This document shows positions 14,701-26,700 of a stretch of 64,000 nucleotides of DNA, piece after piece (position 1 is the stretch's first letter; the number at the start of each line of letters is the position of its first letter). The position numbers were made by a program, and so were the translations under genes. The notes beneath the pieces are model-generated. The model was given only the letters and a program-made list of their open reading frames with translations, was not told where the DNA came from and did not search any database. Source of the stretch: Ylistrum balloti (Eukaryota); contig NW_026782165.1 in assembly GCF_031769215.1 (NCBI RefSeq), positions 186,001 to 250,000 on the forward strand. The letters run 5' to 3'.

Positions 14701-17700
14701 CTACAGTGCATTGGTACCGCCGACCTCTGGGTCAGAGTCTCGGAGTCAAAGAACGTGAGTACTACGTCACGATTTTATGTTGAAGTCACTTGGCCGCCGT
14801 TTGATGTGTAGACGTAAGTACAATATGTAAGTATGACTGAATGTGACATTAAAAGGTCACTTTAAAATCGATAGTAGGTAAGTGTACAGTACGGACGGGC
14901 ATTCGACAAACAATATAACGTTTATTTTTCGATGGATGTATGGAGGTGTGGGTAGGAGGAGGGGTGATGAGAGGAGTTCATCACCGTTGGAATATTACAT
15001 TACAAATATACCTGTTTAAGTGTAACTTTTGCTAACTTTTGCTATTGATAAAGCAAAGCTAGCGTTTTAAATTTTATTTGAAATAATAAAATAAGTGATA
15101 TTTTCGATTCTTGAAAATTGAATTATAATCAGAGTGTGAAAAAGTCAGAAATTATACATCTTTTTAATTTACACTCTTAAAAACCATATCAAAAAGAAAA
15201 GATCTGAAAAAAACCAGCAACAACGACAATTCGGTATTGTGGAAGTTGATAATTGAATAGATATATCGCTATCTTCATTTGTATCTCGAGACATTTTATC
15301 ATCGCCATAGAAACACGTCATCAATAAAAACACAGTCATACTCTTCATGGCATTACATTAGTGTTGCTCAAAGCAAAAGAAACGTACTTTCTTGTCGATG
15401 ATAGCTAAACATTCCTTTACAGCTGGTTGTATTTCAGGATTTGTTGTCTTTTACTTGGACTGACCTGGGACCATACAGATGGAAGACAAATGCATATTGA
15501 CAATTTAAAAGTATGGTCGCTAAGGAGAGGGATATGTATGGACCATTCATACGTGTATTCTGTTTTAAGAGTACAAGTATGAAATGGTTGTAAAAAAAGT
15601 CGCGCAAGGGCATAATGCTGTTCTATAAACGTTCAGAAACAATGTAGCCAAATATTAAATCAAACCGCACAATACAACTGTTTCGTCATTCTCGACAGTT
15701 ATGCTTGAAATGATGCATGTAGTCTATGTAATTCACATGTACTGAAAAATTAATTTTGATGACAGCGTTATTAAAACAGGAAGACGAATGTGATGAAATG
15801 TGATGAAGCATGGAATTTGTGGATGAAAAGAAAATTTCAGACTCAAGCACGTATCATAAACTGCGTCTAATGCACGTTATTCGTAAAATATCTGCTATAT
15901 GAAAAATACGAAACTGATTGAGTGATGAAATTTCTTAAGATCACAAAGGATATACTTCAGTCAACCCCTGAACTGCACAATTTAGGTCATTGCCCTTCTG
16001 TATGGAGTCATAGAAGGACGAAACAGGTGTATGGTGCAGGTAAATTCTTTAGTTGGCTCTATTGTTTCTAACCCTAAATTTATGTTAAGAGTTGATATTC
16101 ATTTGTATGTTTTTGTCCAAAATATGTATAGATATTCATATGCTGTTGACAATACAGTTACAGATATATGTCATTAAAATCGGAGCGTTTGGCATGGTGT
16201 ACGGTCACATCTGCATTGACCAATACCTTCTTTGCTATGCAATGTATATGACTATTGAATGTTAATGAGTTATTGCCGTAGGCATCATTGTTATTTTTAT
16301 TCAAGTACTACCCAACGGTATATATACAGGACGATCAACGGATCTCATTTCATTAGCACAATTGTGATTTTTCACTGGAAATTAATCTATGCACACAAAG
16401 TTCAAATTTTGTTTGAGCTAAAAGATTATTTGCTTTGAATATAGGGATATTTCTGGAGTCGTCTATGTGTGCCTGTATGTTGACGTTTTGTTCAAATATT
16501 TGCCCATAACATGGTAAATTTTGAACTCGTTTTGAAGGACAAGCAAAATATTTCCGACAATTGTCTCTTGTTTCGAAATCCAAAGAGCCTCACTTAAGGA
16601 TGAAATTGATGAACAATTTTCAGGATAGTTTGATGTACATAGTAATTTACATATATATTTCGATTGAAGCATTCTTTTAAACATAAATCTATTAATTGTT
16701 GTCATGTTATTTTTTTCATTTAATTGGATTGATGTTGTTTTGTTCAGAATTTACAATGTTTCATTGTATAGCAAATACTATGTTATATTCTCTTCGATGA
16801 TTGAAATCATGACAAGGATGAATTGCTTCCTCTCCATATTTAAACATACGATTAAATCGGGTAGTTGTTAGGCATTGTAATTTGCCAACGGGACTTTCTT
16901 CTCAGCAAAATTCAGCAAAAGAAATTTTCACGAGATACCCTTGCAAATACAGGTATATCTATCTGTTCTTTATATATATCGCCGAATTTATTTGATTAGA
17001 TTCTCCCTGTGTCATTTACTTACCTAATTTATATGTCATAGTCGTCTTGATAACGTTCAACAAAAACCGAAATAGAACGGATTACATTGCTGGTATGTGG
17101 TAAATATGGCAATGCAACCTTATGGGTTTTGTCATTCTAGCTATCAGTTACTGAGTTGTTACTGCATTGGTGTGTCAGTTGATACGTTATTCACATCACT
17201 GACTTTAGATTCAGAACGAAAAAACTACTACATGCAATGTATACTCAAACCATCTCTCTGTCAGCCATGATAACATTATGCTGTCTAGTCATCAACTATC
17301 AAATACGCATCAAATGTTACACATTATCTATAGATTATGGTGTTTTTTTTCTTTTTAATTCTTTTTTATGCCACGGATCACTCGTAACAAGTTATAAAAA
17401 AGTCACACCACGTTCATTTGAGTCTAAATAATAAATGAATATCGAATTAACGATAACACAGTTGTATATCAATTTTGTGACTTACTGGACCATTGCATGT
17501 AATTAGGTCGAAAAAGCTATCACACAGGAGAAGCAAAAATGTACTGTGCATTAATGACACTTATCTAATTCAGTTGCAAAGAGATTATTTTCTATTATGT
17601 TGGCAAAGATTTGTGTCATAAAACTTAATATTCGTCACTCCAGGAGTCTCATTTACCTAGTATCAAACTAATGTTCACGTCGTCAATTTTATAAGTAATC

Positions 17701-20700
17701 GTCTGTTGGTACTGATGACGCCATTTCATAAATTTACCGAAGGCGTATCGTAGTAATACGGACAGAATTTATTTCAAATTTCTCATAAATGTTTGAATTC
17801 GATCATATTTGCTTGGTATTGATCATTTCCATACAAGTTTTAACCATTAATTAAAACTGCGATAGGTATTGGTATTATTTCATCGGATTATTTAGGGAAT
17901 TGGGAGAAAAAGAAAGGACAGTTCCTTACTTTGATAGTAGGAAAGAGAATCGTTAACATTGGACGGAATACCTGATTGTCTAACCTCACAAAGCCCAAGT
18001 TTAAGCAATCCAGGATTTCCTAATCGGATGGGAATTTACATTCTGTATCTTACCTACACCAAAAGTTATAGCCTATTAATCTTAACCAAAGTGTGACATT
18101 ATTTTGCTGTTGTTATTTAAGTGTTTGACAGGGTTGCCGTGACGTCATTGAATTGTTACTATGACGTCATACTTTTGTCCTGTCAGGGACATATCTTTAC
18201 TTCCCCCAAGCGTATAACAGGGAATTATACACCAGTAAAAGCGCCTATATAACTGTTCAAGGTATGAGGGAATATACTTTTCTTTCGATAAAGGGAGAAA
18301 TGTATGACAAAATGAAAACATTATTAATTCATTGGTAAGAAACAATATTAACAAACTTTCTAGTTTGTCACTTCATCTCTAAGCATTCTATATATTTGGT
18401 TCAGTTTGGGTATTCACTAACTTGATTGGTTGTTTTGTCATTCTTGTTCATTGCTTGAAATTTCATGAAAATGTATTTTAAATAACCCTGTACCCTGATC
18501 ATTACTTACAACGTAACCAATAGGACAGTTCTCCTTGCAGCAGTGTGAAAAGCTTGAAGATTTCGATTTACCCTTGAAGTATGTTACATACTATTACAAA
18601 GTATTCATTCCCTTGTTTGCATTTTAAAACGTAACATCTTTTACTTTGATTGGTTGAGATTAACAGACGCAGAAGAAAGTTACATTTGCGGAACATCTGT
18701 TGTTATGTTTTTGTACTTTTGTCAAGGATTTTCGTGTCTATACTTTTTTTTTTTTATTTTTTTTCACTTTCCCCTCATCGATTTTGTTAATTGTTTTTCT
18801 TGTCGTTTCTGCAGGACTATCCCTGCGTCCCTTATATTAGATACATTTACATGTAACATATACTCAGTCAAAGACAAATGTACACATGCACTACGATTTC
18901 GATTTTCGCTTACGAGCACACGGAATCACTGGCATTTGAGTAGATTACAGGGGAAGCTACTTGAAATGCTTAAGAATTCAGAAATATTATTTTAAGATAC
19001 TAAGGAACATTCATTGCAGTTTCAAAAAAGAAAGTATGCCATACGTATGAATTTGTACTGACGTCCTGTAATATATTGATATAACGCTAGTCGTCGATGA
19101 ATCTGAAGACGCTTCTGGAATATCTGGTCTTATAGTGTTTCCCAAATTCTTGTGTGTAAATTACCTGTTGAAATTTTTTGTCTTCGTTTCATCGATTTTG
19201 AGCTTGAGTTAAGATTTTCTATATCTTTCAGTTTTGTTCCGTTGTAAGCTATCGGAACATTTATGGTCGTGTTTACTGTCCAGTTTGTTTGACCAATCAT
19301 TTTAAATCCTACATGTATTTTTTGTCTGATAAAGCGTATTGCAGGATGTGTACGTGCTACTAATCATAATTCACAAAATCATATCAACAGCCTGCAGGTT
19401 ACACATTTTATATGAAAAGTGCTGAACACTACAAAGAAACAGGAGCAGAGCTATTGCTGTAGGGCCAAACATTCTTTATAGGCCATCATTTTTAATGAAT
19501 ATTCAAGCATATATCTAAGGACAATCTGTTATATTGTTTTCCCTTTATCTTTATTTTAGAAACTGAAATTTGCAAAATCTAAATTAGCCAATGACATTAC
19601 TTTGAGGTTGAGAAGGGATATAGTTTTATCCAGCGCACGAATCCATAGTTTGACATACAAATGTGCTGAATATGTAAAAGAAAAATACCTTTTTATGTGT
19701 GTGTGTTTGTGTGTCATTTGTGTAGTTTCTTTGAAAGTGTAAATATCACCAAAGCTTTCCCCTAGAATAAAAATTGTCGAATTTCTAGGTCTGTGTCTAT
19801 AAAATTAAATCTTTTGATGAGCATAAACGATTTTCATTTGATACTTTTTTTATTTTGTATTGTGATTTCATCCTATGTTCAATCATTCGCTTCCGGCCTT
19901 AAATTAAGATGTACTGAAACAACCCATCTCATGACTGACAGAGTCCGTCAGATCTACTGTCCACCTATCGCATGCTAGAGTACTGATGCCGAGCCACTCC
20001 TCGATAGATCATGACCCATTCATATATATATATATATATTTGTATATACATATTTATATGCATGCTAGAAGAAAACAACCTAAACTTATCCAGTGTGAAT
20101 ATATACCAATATAAATACAGTTAAATGCATGGAATAGTTTGAGGCAGTGGAGACAGTTTTAAATGTTGTATATCTGTTCCTCGATAGCTTTACTTCATTG
20201 TGTATTTTGCTTTGTCAGGACTGGAAGGACGAGGGCGCTCTTCCATAGGACCATGCACTTACAATCGTTCAGGTATTGAAAGACTTATGTGATATAGCCG
20301 TGTGTCATGCTTTTTAAAGTTTATGTACGTGACTGTCTTATCAGCCATTTGTTGACTGACATCAGCTGTACTCACCAGTTTATGCGGTCAGGGTTATTCT
20401 CTTTCAGTATTTGTAACTCATCTGCTGTACATCCTTATCATCAATGCTCAAACTTATCAGTATTTCCTTGTAATGACAAACATAACGAAAATTATTACCT
20501 GTCATTTTTTTTTTAGATAAATTCAATTACGTATTTCATGATTATGTTGATTTTGACTGATAAGAAATTATAAATTTTCAAAATGGCTATATTCATCCGT
20601 GAAGGTAGGATATACATATGTATCATACCTGTTCTGAGAAAATGCTCATTTTATCTACATTGAAGGTTTGTCTTTCTTATTTTGTGTTAATCTTATTTTT

Positions 20701-23700
20701 CCTATGAAATTATCATATTGTAGCAAAGCTTCAAAGATATGTCTTCTTTGCTGTTTCGTTGCTATATCGCTGTTATCCTGTCTTATTTTCTCCTTGATTT
20801 TTAAAGACGTATTTTCACAAATGCTGAATGAGAACATGGAAACACTGTTTTCTCGAGATATATTTCTTACGGTATGATTAAATATTGAAGCGAAGAAAAG
20901 GTCAAATTACTTTTGGACCATCACCTTTTACTAACAAGGTAAGTTATTTTACTTAATTGATACTTGAATAAAAGAAATTATGTGTTGCCCTCGGAGTTCA
21001 AATACGAAAATATAGCTCGAGTTAAGAGTGAAGATCGTATAAACTGGTGGACAGCTGATTTCCGGAAGCGGAAACATGTCACGTGAGTAGATTGTGCATG
21101 GCTTCCGGTTGCTCATCCTCACATTGGAGTTTTCACTTACTAACAATGATTAACAACCTGTTTAGACTGTAGTAAAAATACGTAAATAACAATGGTAATG
21201 TACTATTTGGGGTTTGATTTAAACGTTGATGTTTTTGTTGAGTTCTTTCATTTTTTTTATTTTGGAATTTAAATCGTTTCATTTAGGACAACATCATAAA
21301 ATAATATACTGTGTAGTTAGACTGATATGTATTGAGTGGGTTGACAATATCTCTTGAAGGAAGATTTTGTTTATAGATAGCCAACCGGTTTTAACATAAC
21401 GTAAATTTTACAAATATTTAGTATAATAAGGTCCTTTACTTCACATATATGAATAATGTAAACGCATTTTGTGCATTTTCACAGCAATGTGGATGAGGAG
21501 CAACCGCATTGTAGATATAGACTAGCTTTGGGGTCATCGTATCATAACAAACAGAAATGGAAAGATTATCTATCTTTCATACATTCGAACGTCTAAAGTA
21601 GACTTCCCATTGGTTGAAGTCTATGATGGATTTCGGTGGTGTCTGGCTGTAAGTGCATGTGTGTATGGAGGACGCAATGTTCACTGTTTGTGTACTGAAC
21701 TACTAACACACTGACTAACACTTTTTTACTCTTTATATACATCAAGAATAAACATTAATTAAGTCTCAATTTGACCGCAGAGCTTTCTACATGTCTCGTT
21801 CGGATGTCGGGTTAGTATCGTTTCTAATTTGCAACTTTAGATGATGCAACGGTAGATGAAATATATTTTATTTTTCATTAATTAACACTCTTTGCGATAT
21901 CAAATCAATATATTTCAGGTACCAGATACAGCATTGTTACTGACTAATTATCATTATTTACCAAATATATACAATGTCTTCATTCTTATTTGTCAGTTTT
22001 AAGACTAATTAAACATATTTAAATTTTGAAAGCTCTGTGTGTCAGGGTTACATATGATTGGCCATATTTTGTATATATGTATATATATATATATATACAG
22101 TATATATATATGTATAAAGAATAATGTATTTTGGGTATATCTAATAAACATGAGATTTGATGTCAATTATCACGAATTTGTATTATACGATATTAACCTT
22201 CTGGTCCTGAGAATGTCTCTTTACATGTTTTACTTTTGTAGCTGCATGATATAATGAAATGACGTAAGCTTATATACATATATATAAATGTATGCGCATA
22301 CATTATTTTACAGACCTTATGACTTTGTATGATTAACTTAGTGTCGTTATGCCCAAAATCACAAATATTAAAAACAGATGAAAATGGTATTGATACTTAA
22401 TGATTTAATTTCTTTGAAAATTATTAAGAATACATTGTTCTCTTAAACATTTCCACATGTTGCTATTCTTTTTCAATGGTTTTTAAACTCAAGTGAGTTG
22501 TTGTAAAGTCATCAAATTTTCGATTGTAATATAAATTTATTTCTAACTTGTTTTCTATTACTATATTTTCCAAAATATAAACACTCGAATAACACTAATA
22601 CAGATACAAGTACATTATTCATCGGTACATAATTAAATATTTAATATCGATGGTAAAGATTACAAACAAACATTGTGATATAGTTATACCTATCTATGTA
22701 TAACTATTTACCAGATAACATGATTATCAACTGTATTATTATCAAAAGGCAAAATATCTGACATTTCAAAAAACCCAAAACAACATCTATTTAATCCAAT
22801 TATCACTTTCTGTCACATTTACTGACGACAAATTCGAGGATTTGTGTACATAACACTAATAACTGCGTTGGCATTTTGGTTTTGATAACATCGTGATCAA
22901 AAAAAATATTTGTTGCGCTGAAACGATTGTTCTTAAAACTGTATCCGAACGATATTTATTTCAAGGCATAGAATGAGCATGTATCACCATATACATCTTG
23001 TGCACTGCTTATTCTAAAGTCATTCCCATAATCAGCTAAGACGTTACATTACATTACATTCATTCAGTGTTTAAAGGTTAAAATATTGTCCCTTACACCA
23101 ATACGCATTCATAGTATCATGCAAGATTAACAGAAAAATCCCCCAAAAATTCAAATATTTATTGTCATTATTTAATGTTTTGTAGGAAACTGTTATGAAA
23201 ATGATTTATCTTATCACTGTGTGTATATAATAAATGAAACGTACAGAGATATGCGTGATTCGATTACATATATGTTGTGTGCTTATAATTGTTAAAATTT
23301 ATTCTACTGAAAGCATTAAAATAACGATTAACTTTGATTGGATTACATCTTGCATTTATCATATAGCTGGTCGTGTTTGCAATGCAATGTGGAATGAGTG
23401 TTATTGTAAAAAGTGTTCCCATTTAACTCGTGTTCACCTGTCTTGTTTACAGCCATAGTGATACCCATGCAAACACCCTCACCAGCAGTCATAGGCCACA
23501 ATTGGTCGGTAGGACGTGATGGTACTATATTTCTAATTTTCAGAGATTCCTCCGCTCCACCGGTTTGCTTCTTCTTCCCAGATAGTTAGCAGCTGGGAGA
23601 TTAACACTGTCACATTCTCTTAGCTCAGCTGCAATACTAGAAACTAATGATCTTTATGTGTGTTCCATCATACTAACTTACCATTTTGATTAATCATATC

Positions 23701-26700
23701 CCACGGAGGCAACACATTCCCTTATCCTCATCAATGACCTTCACTAGACCTTGGACTTCATATTTGTTTGTGTTTTTCACGTGCACTGTTTTCAATTCTC
23801 ATCATTTCTGATCTGGTGGCTGCTGTCTTTGCAAAAATCGTTTCGCACCAAATCTACCTCACCCGATTTGAATGGAAATGTCTTTTGTAGTTTTATCCAT
23901 AACGAGAACCATCCTTACACGATTACCTTTCTCGAGCATGATTGGTGTTGTTTAATTCCCAAAATTAAGAAAAAAGATATAAAGAAAAACGAAATGAATT
24001 TTATTTTGTTTATATTTCGTAGTTTACACAAATACACATAATGTCTTTGTCTTTTGATTAAACTATATAATTGCAGTCAACACATTCACTATTCAGAGAA
24101 ATCGAAAATTGAAGCTTCCATTACTTATCTGTTAAGCTTTCCATTTTGCTACAAACTCGCAGCAGCTGTGACATGTACATTTATGACTATGGGATCTGTT
24201 AACATCAGGATGTTTTAAAGGTAGAAATTTACAGAAGATAAAGACGAAATCTTATCTTTCTCCAACCCTTTGGCACACAGCTTCCCTGCAAATCAAAACT
24301 AAATCTGTTCCTTCTATCCCTGCTTTGTGTGTGATATCCAGATTCTGTTTTTCATTGTCAATATTTTCCGTTAGTTTTTGTATTGAAACTGTCAGTTTTA
24401 AAGTAAAGAAGATAATATCATTTGCATCTGTTAACGGTTTTGTTTACATCAAACGTCATTTCCAATGATTCAGTTTCTTTTTTGAAAATAATATATTTCG
24501 TGTGACAAATAAACAAGTATACTTTTGTTGTTTGACTAAGTAATATGTTTGACTTAATTTATAATTATAATTGTGTTTGACAAGATGGGTATGCATATCT
24601 TGATTTATATGTGTCATTTAAAGATGTTTCAATCTCTTTGAGAGGAAGCCTTAAGTCTGCTGATAAACACAAATCGTTGATGCGTAAGTATGACGTCATC
24701 GATTCAACAGAGTGGGAATTCAAGACAAAAACTATTTTAAGATGAAATATATTACACACACGATGATATAACATGTGACATTAATATGATGACAGTTATA
24801 TGGACGGAACATGTTTAGATTATTTAAAAAGTTGAAAACCCTCTTCGGGAGGCTAAAACTGAGTTTTAAATATATTTTTGTTAATGTTTCTGAAGAAATC
24901 GAGCTAACAGACATGTTCAATAGCTACAGCAGGGGAAATGAGATGCGGGTGTACCTGCCCTCCATCAGCTCGAGATAACTAGAATTGGTCAGTGCGCATA
25001 TACACGTTGTATGTATGTAATTAGTAGTGGTTTGTGTATGGATGGAGCTGCAGTTATATGTGCAAAGGTGTCATTTGTGTATCTGTTGTACATTGTGGTG
25101 TTTCTGTCAGTCACTCATGGAACGAACCTGTATAGTGAAAGTCATATTGAAATGCTGTATGTCGACTTGGCAGAAAAAAAAAACAGCTAAATGAACAAAT
25201 TAACAAGGGTTTGACTTTTGTCAGACATAAAATTTGTGTTGGGCGTTTGGGCGCATTACTGGGCCATTTAAAAGGGATAATCTACTATACACGTACTAAC
25301 GCCTATCTAACATGCGTTTGCCAAGTACAGTCTAACATTTGTCTTGCGATTGTTCAATATGTAATCATAAACAATTTCTGTATATAACGTATGCTTTATA
25401 TTTACTATATATATATATTACTATTACAGTATATTCGCATATCTATTTCTATGTATTTATTCAACCGCTTTTGTTTAAATGTAACCATTGCATTGATATT
25501 TATACTCAAAAAGGTACACTTTTGTACTTGAATGCAAATATAAATTCGATTTTTCTACATATGCATTTACTGCTTAGAGTTTGTTAATTTTTTATGCATT
25601 TGTTTTGTGATGTCTTTTCGAAATAACAGTATATCAATTTTTTCGTGAAAACAAAATAAAACGAAAAAAAAAAAAAAAAACCAGCTAAAGCGTATGTGTT
25701 TACGTAAAGTAATAACCATCTTTCTATTACAGGAGTGGGGATGAATGGTGAGATCTTGATCATTTACAACGTCTCGCGGTACTGTGATGGTATTTACGAG
25801 TGTATGGCCTTCAATGATGTCTCGCCAGCTGTCAACAGGGAGATCCCAGTAGAAGTTGAATGTCAGTACTGATATACCTTATAAACATATAGCGGATTTC
25901 AGAAGCACTTATAATTTCGTTAGAAAAAACATTTATTGATAATGGTAGGGTACGGTATTTCAGTGTGTTCGTTGGTGTATATGCCTATTGTAATTTGACA
26001 TCCGCTAGCATTCTGTAGACATTCATTACTTTCCGTTGATATTCGACAAAAAATGAGGAATCTACGCATTGAAAATTTAACAGTATAGGCATTGTCCTTA
26101 TATAAGTTGGTTTTACTAACAATTTAATATCGACATTTCACACGTTTTCGGCATTGATACTGTGTCGGCGTGCAGGCTGTGTCGGCGCTGATTCTGTGTC
26201 GGCGTACAGGCTGTGTCGGCGCTGATACTGTGTTGGCGTACAGGCTGTGTCGGCGTACAGGCTGTGTCGACGCTGATACTGTGTTGGCGTACAGGCTGTG
26301 TCGGCGCTGATACTGTGTCGGCGTACAGGTTGTGTCGGCGCTGATTCTGTGTCGGCGTACAGGCTGTGTCGGCGCTGATACTGTGCTGGCGTACAGGCTG
26401 TGTCGGCGTACAGGCTGTGTCGGCGCTGATACTGTGTTGGCGTACAGGCTGTGTCGGCGCTGATACTGTGTCGGCGTACAGACTGTGTCGGCGCTGATAC
26501 TGTGTCGGCGTTGATACTGTGTCGGCGTTGGTACTGTGTCGGTGTACAGGCTGTGTCGGCGCTGATACAGTGTCGGCGTTGGTACTGTGTCGGCGTACAG
26601 GCTGTGTCGGCGCTGATACTGTGTCGGCGTACAGGTTGCGTCGGCGCTGATACTGTATCGGCGTACAGGCTGTGTCAGCGCTGATACTGTGTCGGCGTAC

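Noticed and set aside
17709-17750. CTGATGA-CGCC..GGCG stem
   Set aside because: No GAAA after the stem
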